From assembly GCA_045630455.1 (NCBI GenBank), contig JAZQTD010000048.1:1828-65827 (forward strand): a DNA stretch of 64,000 bases, given 5' to 3'. A model generated the notes under the pieces. The model did no database searches and had not been told where the DNA came from. It was given only the letters and a program-made list of their open reading frames with translations. Shown here one piece after another: positions 19,217-27,764 of the stretch (position 1 is its first letter; each line of letters starts with the position of its first letter). The position numbers and the translations under genes are program-made. Source of the stretch: Candidatus Enterousia sp. GTDB taxonomy: Bacteria > Pseudomonadota > Alphaproteobacteria > Rs-D84.

Positions 19217-19299
19217 AAAGTTCAAAGTGCAATTAAGGAATTTATAAAACATTAAATATATTCATTATTTGAACTTTGCACTCTGCACTTTGAACTTTT
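19217..19299. promoter_or_regulatory. 15-nt inverted repeat pair upstream of the pilus-core operon
   Basis: AAAGTTCAAAGTGCA (19217..19231) and its exact reverse complement TGCACTTTGAACTTT (19285..19299), plus an extra half-site TGAACTTTGCAC at 19270..19281. A possible -10 (TATAAT on the minus strand) lies at 19177..19182. Confidence 0.4.
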
Positions 19300-19329
19300 A
19301 AAAAATCCCCCAAACGGGGGATTTTTTTT
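19300..19329. terminator. Intrinsic terminator (AAAAAATCCCCC-AAAC-GGGGGATTTTTTTT)
   Basis: Overlaps the stop of the lipoprotein gene at 19328. Confidence 0.7.
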
Positions 19330-19678
19330 AATCTGCTGCTGTTCTAATACGCTGTGGGCTTGGACAATCATAAACATTTGCAACCAAAATAAACGCACGT
19401 TCTGGCCCAAAAATCACCCATTCGTTTGGACGTGTACGCTGGCTGGTAATCCAGTACGCATTCCCAGCACGCGCCTGATCCACAATACGATTTTCAAGAT
19501 ATCTGCGTGCATCATCTGCATCATATACAGAAACTTCTGATTCCAACTTGTACAAATACGTACAACCAATCGGTTCCGCATCCAGTTGCACCAGATGTTC
19601 ACTACCTTTTTCGTTTTTAATTAAACCACCACATCCAGCCAACAACACAAACGCTAACAAAGCAAAAAACTTTTTCAT
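19328..19678 (-). CDS. Small lipoprotein (DUF4156-like)
   Basis: Lipobox LLAGCGG. The ATG at 19678 follows AAGGAAAGGGA. Conserved-looking ...GNAYWI....Y.C tail. Confidence 0.6.
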   Translation of the reverse strand: MKKFFALLAFVLLAGCGGLIKNEKGSEHLVQLDAEPIGCTYLYKLESEVSVYDADDARRYLENRIVDQARAGNAYWITSQRTRPNEWVIFGPERAFILVANVYDCPSPQRIRTAAD

Positions 19679-19700
19679 ATTCCCTTTCCTTTTTTCTCTT

Positions 19701-20636
19701 TTACTCAACTATATCATAATTAGACGGATCACTGAATAACTTTTTCAAGACAATATTATTCAGCGCATGACTACCCTTGTATGATTCCAGTTTTCCACAA
19801 ACCATACCGCCCGACGTGTACATATCCCCAATTGCATCAATAATTTTATGGCGAACAAATTCATCTGACCAATTCAGTTCATTAATCGTCCCATCACCCG
19901 CATCATTCAGCGCAATTACATTTGTTTCATCTGCTCCACGCCCCATACCACGCGCTTTCAGATATTCCCATTCTGAATACTTGCCAAACGTGCGTGCACG
20001 TGCGATATTTCTAACAAAGTTATTCTCTGATTTTTTAGTACCATCAAAAGAATACTCAAAACTCTGTGTCCCAATAATCTTTTCACGATACACCAGCGTC
20101 GCCACAACATCCAAAGATTTTTCATTATTTGGACTTAGTTTCACAAAGCCATCCGCTTTACGCCCAGATATTTTATTCATAACCCAAATCTGCAAACGCA
20201 CAAAAAGCGGTAATTGCTTTGTCACTTCACCAGCATAGGCAACAACAGGTCGCTTTACTATGATTTTTTTAAGTTTTGTTTTTACATCCACATATGGTTT
20301 TATCAGTTTATAAAATTGGTCTGCACTACCGTCTAAGATTGGTGTTTCTGCGCCATCAATTTCAATGATCGCACTGTCTATACCACACATAAACAATGCT
20401 GCCATTAAATGTTCAACTGTTTGAACGTGTGCAGAATTCATCGCACCAACTGTAGTATTACGCATCTTGGTCTCGCCCACATTATCGTATGTTGCCGGCA
20501 CCAGTCCAGTTCCTGCCATATCAACACGACGAAAGAAAATCCCGCGCCTATCCGACGGCTTTATAACCATATTCACCGGCAGCCCCGAATGAATCCCCCG
20601 TCCCTTGATTTCTATATTTTGCGTCACAGTATTCAT
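19701..20636 (-). CDS. lpxC: UDP-3-O-acyl-N-acetylglucosamine deacetylase
   Basis: LpxC pattern: GRGIHSG N-terminus, TVEHLMAAL, FVRHKIIDAIGDMY, KGSHALN. Confidence 0.9.
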   Translation of the reverse strand: MNTVTQNIEIKGRGIHSGLPVNMVIKPSDRRGIFFRRVDMAGTGLVPATYDNVGETKMRNTTVGAMNSAHVQTVEHLMAALFMCGIDSAIIEIDGAETPILDGSADQFYKLIKPYVDVKTKLKKIIVKRPVVAYAGEVTKQLPLFVRLQIWVMNKISGRKADGFVKLSPNNEKSLDVVATLVYREKIIGTQSFEYSFDGTKKSENNFVRNIARARTFGKYSEWEYLKARGMGRGADETNVIALNDAGDGTINELNWSDEFVRHKIIDAIGDMYTSGGMVCGKLESYKGSHALNNIVLKKLFSDPSNYDIVE

Positions 20637-21535
20637 TTTAATTTATCCCCCAGCCAGCTCCAAAACGCATCATCTATTTGCGTATCCAGTTTTGCATATT
20701 TAATTTTTTCACGTGCATATTCTGGCAACCGAACCCAATCTTTTTCTGTCGTCACCAATTTTGCCCCATGCTTTTCCGCCAATACAAATAATTTTTTTAT
20801 ATCTTCGTCTGTGTACTGCCAATGGTCTGCGAACGAACGTGTTGCAACCACATTATCTAAACAGCGAAAGAATTTTTTCGGATATCCAATTCCCGCAAAA
20901 GCAACCAACTTTTCGCCTGTTTCATATGGCGATACAGTATGATTTTTTGCAAAGAACGTAGGGATACCAACCGGCAAACTAAAATCTTTTTTATGTGCTT
21001 TACTTTTAATAACAATTATTGCATCCGCACGGCGCACCGCACCCTTTGGCTCACGCAATGGACCCGCCGGTAATAAAAAACCATTTCCATACCCCAACGC
21101 CTCATCAAACACAAGTATTGAAATATCTTTTTTAATAGACGAGTTTTGAAACCCATCATCCATAACAATCGGCGCGTCTTCAGACTGTTTGTTTAATAGA
21201 ATAATATTGCTTTTTCTGTCACCAACATGCACCGCCAAACCATCACGAGATAACATAGTCGCTTCATCCCCAGCATCAGCAAAATTTTTGCTTTTTTTGT
21301 ACCCACGCATAACCACAGGCGAATCCATACGAGTAGCAATCTGGCGAACAATAGGCGTTTTACCAACCCCACCCGCCAAGATATTTCCAACACATATAAT
21401 CTTGCGTCTAGATTTCAAAGCCCCCCAAGACCGTATAACATAAACAACACGCCCAACTAAATAATACAACCAACTAACTGGCCATAAAACAAATGACAAA
21501 GGTGTAATTTTCAAAAACCACCAAGGTGTTTTCAT
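20633..21535 (-). CDS. lpxK: Tetraacyldisaccharide 4'-kinase
   Basis: P-loop GNILAGGVGKTP. The start at 21535 (MKTPWWF) lies 1 nt past the upstream stop. ORF track extends to 21580. Confidence 0.85.
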   Translation of the reverse strand: MKTPWWFLKITPLSFVLWPVSWLYYLVGRVVYVIRSWGALKSRRKIICVGNILAGGVGKTPIVRQIATRMDSPVVMRGYKKSKNFADAGDEATMLSRDGLAVHVGDRKSNIILLNKQSEDAPIVMDDGFQNSSIKKDISILVFDEALGYGNGFLLPAGPLREPKGAVRRADAIIVIKSKAHKKDFSLPVGIPTFFAKNHTVSPYETGEKLVAFAGIGYPKKFFRCLDNVVATRSFADHWQYTDEDIKKLFVLAEKHGAKLVTTEKDWVRLPEYAREKIKYAKLDTQIDDAFWSWLGDKLK

Positions 21536-21536
21536 A

Positions 21537-22346
21537 TTATTTACCTTTTTTCTGTATTTTTTTATTTTTTCGCGCTTCACGAATATCTTTTTTAAATTGT
21601 CCTGCGATTAAATCTTGCTCAACTTTATGTAATTTAAACTCAGCATCCAAGTCCCACACTTGTTTAAGCATAGTTTTTTCTAATTGTTGACGTATATTTT
21701 CAAATTCCTGACTTGTCGCATTTGGCGCAACAAATACAGGTTTTCCAACAATACATTTTATACGTGAAAAATGTAATGCGACCAAATACCGATCCCATCG
21801 ATTTTGAATCCAAGACCGCGACGCTGAATAACACACAGGAATAATTGGTGCCCCAGTCATTTTAGCAAAATACAACGCCCCATCTTTTATACGCATAGAC
21901 GGTCCACTTGGACCATCAGGCGACAAACATAATGCGTAACGTCCATCACGCAACACACGCACACCTTGACGTAAAACAGAAACACCGCCCTTAGTCGAAG
22001 AACCAAAAATAGCACGTACACCAAATAATCTTTGTAATTTTGCCATCATACGTCCATCTTTGTGCTCACTTGCAACCATATACGTACGCACACCATGCGC
22101 ACGAACAATCGGCCCTAACATCATAGAACGACCATGCCAACAGACAAAAATTGCCGGTTTTTTACGATATTCTTTTAATACATCCATACCAATAATACGT
22201 TTACGAGACGTTAAATAGACAGTCCAGATAGGTATAGATAATAATAAAGCAATAATCCATTGAGTTATCTCACACCCCAGTATAGGTTCCCAAAAACCCT
22301 TCCACGCTTTTCTAAATATTTTATTATTAATCACAATATACCTCAC
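21537..22346 (-). CDS. DUF374 / lysophospholipid acyltransferase-family protein
   Basis: N-terminal membrane helix, CWHGR and PDGP.GP motifs. Usual lipid A-cluster neighbour in alphaproteobacteria. Confidence 0.7.
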   Translation of the reverse strand: MRYIVINNKIFRKAWKGFWEPILGCEITQWIIALLLSIPIWTVYLTSRKRIIGMDVLKEYRKKPAIFVCWHGRSMMLGPIVRAHGVRTYMVASEHKDGRMMAKLQRLFGVRAIFGSSTKGGVSVLRQGVRVLRDGRYALCLSPDGPSGPSMRIKDGALYFAKMTGAPIIPVCYSASRSWIQNRWDRYLVALHFSRIKCIVGKPVFVAPNATSQEFENIRQQLEKTMLKQVWDLDAEFKLHKVEQDLIAGQFKKDIREARKNKKIQKKGK

Positions 22347-22440
22347 TTACCACCCCAGTCTAGCAACAAAAACTCTAATTTTCAAGCCAAGGCTGGGATA
22401 AAAGTCATTTTATATTATTTACACAGGTTATTTTTTTTAT

Positions 22441-22468
22441 TTGACTATATATAAAAATAATATATAAT
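22441..22468 (+). promoter_or_regulatory. Sigma70-like promoter for tRNA-fMet (TTGACT-16 nt-TATAAT)
   Basis: -35 at 22441..22446 and -10 at 22463..22468, 21 nt upstream of the tRNA. Confidence 0.5.
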
Positions 22469-22489
22469 AAACAGGCTTTTAATCAGTGA

Positions 22490-22566
<77 letters not shown>

Positions 22567-22593
22567 GTTTTAATAAAAAAAATTGGTATTTTT

Positions 22594-23205
22594 TTATTCA
22601 AAACACTTTTTTAGTGCCACCCCATTATCTTTTTTATCAATACGTTTACTTCGTATTTCTTCATCGGCTTTGATTTTTTGTTTTATTAAAATCATTTCCG
22701 GATGTGATTGAATTTTATTATTCAGTTTTTCAATCGCATTATCAATATCATCTGCATAATAAACAAACACCGGCATCACAGAATCCGCCGCATTGTAAAG
22801 CGCGCTGTGTAAATCCAGATTATAATCTTCTACAACAGATAAATATTCACGAATATGTTGGTCTTCGTGGGACAACACCGCATCATAAGAACATGTATTT
22901 GGTTGATGCCTTATATCAACCTGAACTAAAAAATTAGAATACCCGATTTCTGCATCAACTTGCTTAATTCCGACACAAAAACCATCTTCAATTGATGTAA
23001 TATCTGCGACAATTTCATAATTATCTACCATTGTCGCAATAACGTTACCATGCCATAAATCCATCGGTTCTAAAGGCTGAACAACTTCTTTAGTCCACAT
23101 TGGTGCAGATACAGTAATTTTAGGTGTTATTTTATACGACACACATTCATTAGCAATTGCCGGTAAACATAATAAACCAAATAAAATACCAAAATATTTT
23201 ACCAC
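22594..23205 (-). CDS. Secreted protein with HExxH motif (DUF922-like putative Zn protease)
   Basis: Signal peptide MVKYFGILFGLLCLPAIA. SHEDQH motif. Starts 4 nt after the virB4 stop. Confidence 0.5.
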   Translation of the reverse strand: MVKYFGILFGLLCLPAIANECVSYKITPKITVSAPMWTKEVVQPLEPMDLWHGNVIATMVDNYEIVADITSIEDGFCVGIKQVDAEIGYSNFLVQVDIRHQPNTCSYDAVLSHEDQHIREYLSVVEDYNLDLHSALYNAADSVMPVFVYYADDIDNAIEKLNNKIQSHPEMILIKQKIKADEEIRSKRIDKKDNGVALKKCFE

Positions 23206-23209
23206 CAGA

Positions 23210-25630
23210 CTATTCCAAAGCCCCTTGTTTTTTCAGGTATTCATTTACAAAATTATTTCCATACATTTTGTATAATTCTTCTGCCAATAATACAGACGAA
23301 CGCCCCGACTCAAACAACCGCAACATATTCCCCAAGCCGCCCAATTCAGTATTCAAAATCACAGATTCCCCATTAACTGGACGCGATAATAATACCGCAC
23401 GTTTCAGATTTGGATACGCCTTGCCTTGAATAAACGCCATTTCCAATGGATTCAAGTTCCAGTGTTCATAATCACGTGCATCTGCCGCCGGATTGCGGAA
23501 GAATAATACCGTCTGAGCCTGACCACGAACTACGTCCCCAATCCCCAGTTTATCTAAAACATTTGCACGCTGGAACGCCGCCATATAAGCCTGACGATTT
23601 TTACGCCCTTCTTGTAGACCTGCTATAAAATTATCGCGGAACATCTTGTTTTCCAACATAGGTGCAGTCTCGTCAATCATAATCAATGACGGATTTCCAC
23701 CAGATACAGTTGTATTATTAATACGATGCAAGATATAAGAAATAACCGCCGGCGACAATACTTCGTCTTGCAGAATTTCTGTAAAATCGAACGTAGTCAG
23801 ACGCGATTGCAAATCCAACGTATCTTCTTTTTCGTTGAACATAAACCCATATTGCAACGGATCAACCCACTTTTTAAGTGCTGGTCGCATCTCACCCGCA
23901 GACGAGAAACAACTTTCCCATAAATTAGTTAACAATCTATCTTTTTCCGACAGATAGTCAAAATTAACCGATACCGCACGCGCAATTTCATCGGCTGATT
24001 TCGGATCATTTTGCCCCGTTATAATAGAAAACCAGCGACGCAAGAATGCACGATTTGCTGCACTATCTGGCATCAACAATGGATTAAGGTGTGTTTGGAA
24101 AATATTTGCCATTGGGTCAGTATTTTTCTCTTTCCCTTGCATTGTTATATATTTCCCACCTACGGCCAGAGTAAATATTTCCGCCCCTTTATTTCTATCA
24201 AAAAAGAATGCTTTTAATTTAGGAAAACGTAAACTCTGTGCGATTAAGAACGAGAACAATGTTGTCTTACCACCACCAGTTGGACCAATTGTCAATGTAT
24301 GTCCCACTGCCGCCGGTTTATCAGATACATGGAATTGGAATTGATACGGTGTCCCCTGGGCGGTCGGGAAAACAACCAGCGGCCCTGCCCCCCAATCTGA
24401 ATTTGCAACACCACGTGGAGTGCTGGACATCGGAATACTGATTGCAGCCGTTTTTGATAATAACTTAAAACTGCGTGGAAACACATTAAAACCAGGAATT
24501 TGTGAAAACCAAGCAACTTTAGATGCAAAAGTTTCCACCACAGGCGAAATACCAAACGAAGCGGCGATTTTCTTGAATTCTGCAATATATTTTTGCAACT
24601 CATCAATTGTTGCACCAAAAATCAAGAACAGCGGATAATAATTCACTAACGTCTGATTTCCAGAAACATTTTCATCCATTGCGGATTCCATTGCATAAAT
24701 CTGCTCTTCTGTCGATTTTTGAACCTTTTCATCAGCTGTTGAACGGCGCTGACGTATTGTAGCCTCAACATCCGCCGCCCCCATAATACCAAAACCATTC
24801 ATACAAATCATTTCTGTCTGGATTGTAGAAATAGTGTCATAAAATTCTTCGTCCAGATAGTCCGGTGAAATCTTGAAAGACAATGCTGCTGCAAAAGTTT
24901 GTGCCCCGCCACTAATATACCTAATTACACCATCGCGCATAAATTCAACATCATCAACAGTTACTAAATTTGAAATGCTGTTATTACATGTTTTTGGCTG
25001 TGGTTTAGTAATTGGTGATAAAATCCGTCCAAAGAACCGTGCCATATTATCTGGTGTATTATTTTTTAACACACTTGGTTTATATGCCGCCAATATAGAT
25101 TCTATATAATTTCCACACTGATTTAACTTAGTACGTGCATCTGCCCCACCAACAGACACAACAATATAATAATTATTCAAGAATATACGTAATCCCTGAC
25201 TTTTCCATTTATCATAAATTCTCTGTAATGTCGGTTGGTCAAATTCATAATTTGTATTTTCATCCATCGCATCACGCACCATATAGAAACGTAAAGTTAC
25301 ATTTGGATCACGAATTTGATTAAATAATTGCGCACGCAAATCCAAGAATTTTTCTTTGGTTTTATCGTCCTGCATACTGGTCTGTAGCCCTTGGACACGA
25401 TATGCACGAATAAGTGTTCCATCCGTTAATTCAATAGAATTGTCAGAAAACACCGTTTTGAATGGCAAATAATTAGCATATTTTGCATAGCCAAATCGCG
25501 GAAAAATCCGCTTGGTCAACGCCGGCACATACATCATCATCCCAAGAAACACAAAAATCACCGCCATAACCATAATAGTTGTGGTCACTATAAATTCACC
25601 GCCTGCAAAATATTCAAAAAAACTATTCAT
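23210..25630 (-). CDS. virB4: Type IV secretion system ATPase VirB4/TraC family
   Basis: 806 aa. Walker A GPTGGGKTT, Walker B LIMIDETAPM. Preceded by a virB3-like gene. Confidence 0.85.
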   Translation of the reverse strand: MNSFFEYFAGGEFIVTTTIMVMAVIFVFLGMMMYVPALTKRIFPRFGYAKYANYLPFKTVFSDNSIELTDGTLIRAYRVQGLQTSMQDDKTKEKFLDLRAQLFNQIRDPNVTLRFYMVRDAMDENTNYEFDQPTLQRIYDKWKSQGLRIFLNNYYIVVSVGGADARTKLNQCGNYIESILAAYKPSVLKNNTPDNMARFFGRILSPITKPQPKTCNNSISNLVTVDDVEFMRDGVIRYISGGAQTFAAALSFKISPDYLDEEFYDTISTIQTEMICMNGFGIMGAADVEATIRQRRSTADEKVQKSTEEQIYAMESAMDENVSGNQTLVNYYPLFLIFGATIDELQKYIAEFKKIAASFGISPVVETFASKVAWFSQIPGFNVFPRSFKLLSKTAAISIPMSSTPRGVANSDWGAGPLVVFPTAQGTPYQFQFHVSDKPAAVGHTLTIGPTGGGKTTLFSFLIAQSLRFPKLKAFFFDRNKGAEIFTLAVGGKYITMQGKEKNTDPMANIFQTHLNPLLMPDSAANRAFLRRWFSIITGQNDPKSADEIARAVSVNFDYLSEKDRLLTNLWESCFSSAGEMRPALKKWVDPLQYGFMFNEKEDTLDLQSRLTTFDFTEILQDEVLSPAVISYILHRINNTTVSGGNPSLIMIDETAPMLENKMFRDNFIAGLQEGRKNRQAYMAAFQRANVLDKLGIGDVVRGQAQTVLFFRNPAADARDYEHWNLNPLEMAFIQGKAYPNLKRAVLLSRPVNGESVILNTELGGLGNMLRLFESGRSSVLLAEELYKMYGNNFVNEYLKKQGALE

Positions 25631-25638
25631 TTTTCAAC

Positions 25639-25935
25639 CTATGCCGCTAATCTGTTTGGTATTTTTTTCTTCATTAATTGAATTTTTGCCGAAATAATTT
25701 GTCCAATTTGTGGGTCACGCTTTGAATAAATTGCCAATAAAGAATGCACAATAATAACCGATACCAAGAAATAAAGCGGACTAACATTTGAATTTGTGCC
25801 TTTAATCAGCAAACTGGCCACAAAAATAATGATAAATATAATGAATTGCACTGCAAAATTCAAAACGGCCAACGAATACGGCACATAAAATATGCGCGCC
25901 GGATTTGCCAAAGCCTTTAAAACTTGCTGTTTCAT
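25639..25935 (-). CDS. virB3: Type IV secretion system protein VirB3-like
   Basis: 98 aa from Met 25935 (MKQQVLKALANPARIFYVPYSLAVLNFAVQFIIFIIIFV), with two hydrophobic segments, 8 nt upstream of virB4. ORF track extends to 26037. Confidence 0.6.
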   Translation of the reverse strand: MKQQVLKALANPARIFYVPYSLAVLNFAVQFIIFIIIFVASLLIKGTNSNVSPLYFLVSVIIVHSLLAIYSKRDPQIGQIISAKIQLMKKKIPNRLAA

Positions 25936-25964
25936 CTCTCTTTTGTCCCTATGTATTTGAATTA

Positions 25965-26165
25965 TAACAATTTCAACAATTTTCAACAAGCACAAAAACA
26001 AATTCAAAAAAATTGTTAATTGTGTTAAAAAAAGCAAACTTTTTAACAGTTAATTTAACAGGTGTATTTCTCAACAGTTCTAACAAAACGCCCCAGAAAT
26101 CCTGCAAATAATTGTTAAAAAACGGTTGATAAAAAGTTTATAAAAGTTTTCAACAATTTCAACAG
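25965..26165. repeat. Cluster of T(T/C)AACA(A/G) heptamers including two phased doublets
   Basis: Copies at 25965, 25973, 25983, 26013(rc), 26043, 26055, 26071, 26080, 26112(rc), 26150 and 26159. Exact 13-mer AACAATTTCAACA at 25966..25978 and 26152..26164. Confidence 0.5.
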
Positions 26166-26253
26166 CCCCTACAAAAACAACAAAAAAATAATATTAATAT
26201 TTGATTTTTCACAAAAAGTGTTTATAATAGCCACCGTACCAAAGGATTAAGAC

Positions 26254-26388
26254 ATGAAATTTTTAAGTTCATTAAAGGCTTGGAAGAAACGCGGAAACGT
26301 AAAACAGATCCGTCGTGGCAAGCAGGTAATCTTAATCGATCCAGATAATCCAAAGTTCAAAGCGAAACAGGGTTTCAAAAGAAAATAA
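26254..26388 (+). CDS. rpmJ: 50S ribosomal protein L36 (bL36)
   Basis: 44-aa ORF, too short for the ORF track: MKFLSSLKAWKKRGNVKQIRRGKQVILIDPDNPKFKAKQGFKRK. Matches the alphaproteobacterial bL36 pattern (MK.R.SLK..K.R....VRR.G.V.VI.K.NPRFKARQG). Confidence 0.8.
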   Translation: MKFLSSLKAWKKRGNVKQIRRGKQVILIDPDNPKFKAKQGFKRK

Positions 26389-26413
26389 GATTAAGTTCGA
26401 ATTAAGACCTAAT

Positions 26414-26439
26414 AAAAAATCCCCGATTGGGGTTTTTTT
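26414..26439 (+). terminator. Intrinsic terminator after rpmJ
   Basis: AAAAAATCCCC-GATT-GGGGTTTTTTT. Confidence 0.65.
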
Positions 26440-26473
26440 ATTATCTTATAATATTTACCAAGAAATCATATAT

Positions 26474-26595
26474 AAAAAAAAAGAACCTGAAAAGGTTCTA
26501 AAAAAACAGGGAGTAACCTCTTGCAAAATAATCTGCATTGTAGGCGTCCCCAAAAAATAATTTTTTATCAACGCCTCGTTAATTGTTACTACTGA
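26474..26595 (-). ncRNA. Candidate small RNA (promoter-to-terminator unit, ~120 nt)
   Basis: A near-consensus minus-strand promoter at 26602..26630 and a minus-strand terminator (AGAACC-TTTTCA-GGTTCT plus nine T) ending about 26474. Internal hairpin AGGCGT..ACGCCT. No credible ORF. Confidence 0.3.
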
Positions 26596-26601
26596 GCTTT
26601 C

Positions 26602-26630
26602 ATTATAAACGAATAAAAAATCAATTGCAA
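26602..26630 (-). promoter_or_regulatory. Sigma70-like promoter (TTGCAA-17 nt-TATAAT) on the minus strand
   Basis: The reverse complement reads TTGCAAttgattttttattcgttTATAAT, immediately after the ychF terminator. Confidence 0.45.
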
Positions 26631-26631
26631 C

Positions 26632-26659
26632 AAAAAAAAACGGCAAAAGCCGTTTTTTT
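26632..26659 (-). terminator. Intrinsic terminator of ychF
   Basis: The minus strand reads AAAAAAACGGC-TTTT-GCCGTTTTTTTTT. Overlaps the ychF stop. Confidence 0.65.
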
Positions 26660-27737
26660 AATTATTAAACAAGAAATGGCAAATATCGCCGTTTTGCATT
26701 ATATAATCACGTCCTACCAGGCGCATTTTACCGGCTTCTTTAACTGCTACTTCACCACCCAGTGCGATATAATCGGCGGGACTAATAACCTCGGCACGGA
26801 TAAACCCTTTTTCAAAGTCTGTATGTATCTTACCGGCGGCCTGTGGCGCAGTCATACCAACTGTGATTGTCCAGGCATGTGCTTCCTTGGGGCCGATTGT
26901 GTAATATGTTTGCAGCCCCAGTGTTTTATACCCTGTCTTGATAACCTGGTCCAGACCTGATTCTGTCAGTCCCAAATCATCAAGGAACATTTTACGTTCG
27001 TCCAAATCAACAATCTGGGATATTTCCATTTCAATTTTCGATGAAATAACCAAAACATCTGCAACACTGCCGAATTTTTCGCGAACCATATCAGAATATT
27101 TGTTTCCAGTGGCCGCGGCGGCTTCTTCGACATTACATACATAGATAACTGGCTTGGCTGTTAATAAATTAAATGGCGTTGCATCAATACCACCATCACG
27201 CGCAGGAATTGATTTTTCAAGATTGGCCTTAATAGCGTTTGCATCTGCTAATAATTTAGCGGCTTCTTTGTCCAGACCACGTGCCTTTTTTTCAAGGTTT
27301 TTAATCTGTTTATCCAGACTTTCCATATCTGCCAGCATCAATTCAGTTTCAATTGTTTCAATATCCCCCAGTGGGTCGATTTTTCCATTAACGTGCACAA
27401 TATCATCGTTTTCAAAGCATCGCACAACGTGAATAATTGCATCTGTGGATAAAATATTGCCCAAGAATTTATTCCCTAAACCCTCACCTGCTGATGCACC
27501 CTTAACCAGGCCTGCAATATCAACAATTTCCAGTTGTGTTGGAATAATTTTTTGTGAACCCGCCACACGTGCTAATTCGTGCAGTGTGCTATCGGGCACA
27601 ACTACGCGCCCCGTATTCGGTTCGATTGTACAGAACGGATAGTTTTGTGCATCCGCCGCTGCACTTTGTGTCAAAGCATTAAACAGTGTTGACTTACCGA
27701 CATTTGGCAATCCAACAATTCCACAATTGAAACCCAT
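26658..27737 (-). CDS. ychF: Ribosome-binding ATPase YchF
   Basis: MGFNCGIVGLPNVGKSTLFNALT G1 motif, OBG-type GTPase/TGS layout. 359 aa. Confidence 0.9.
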   Translation of the reverse strand: MGFNCGIVGLPNVGKSTLFNALTQSAAADAQNYPFCTIEPNTGRVVVPDSTLHELARVAGSQKIIPTQLEIVDIAGLVKGASAGEGLGNKFLGNILSTDAIIHVVRCFENDDIVHVNGKIDPLGDIETIETELMLADMESLDKQIKNLEKKARGLDKEAAKLLADANAIKANLEKSIPARDGGIDATPFNLLTAKPVIYVCNVEEAAAATGNKYSDMVREKFGSVADVLVISSKIEMEISQIVDLDERKMFLDDLGLTESGLDQVIKTGYKTLGLQTYYTIGPKEAHAWTITVGMTAPQAAGKIHTDFEKGFIRAEVISPADYIALGGEVAVKEAGKMRLVGRDYIMQNGDICHFLFNN

Positions 27738-27764
27738 TTCTAAATCCTTTATAATGCGAATAAT

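Noticed and set aside
25936-26253. Replication origin or CtrA/DnaA box cluster in the AT-rich virB3-rpmJ spacer
   Set aside because: No TTATCCACA-like DnaA boxes were found. The closest TTAA..TTAA pairs have 5- or 8-nt spacers rather than the 7 nt of the CtrA motif. Kept only as an unexplained heptamer cluster.
26455-26646. 63-aa minus-strand ORF, and the 125-aa plus-strand ORF at 26583..26960
   Set aside because: The first spans two intrinsic terminators and a promoter. The second is antisense to ychF. Neither has an RBS.
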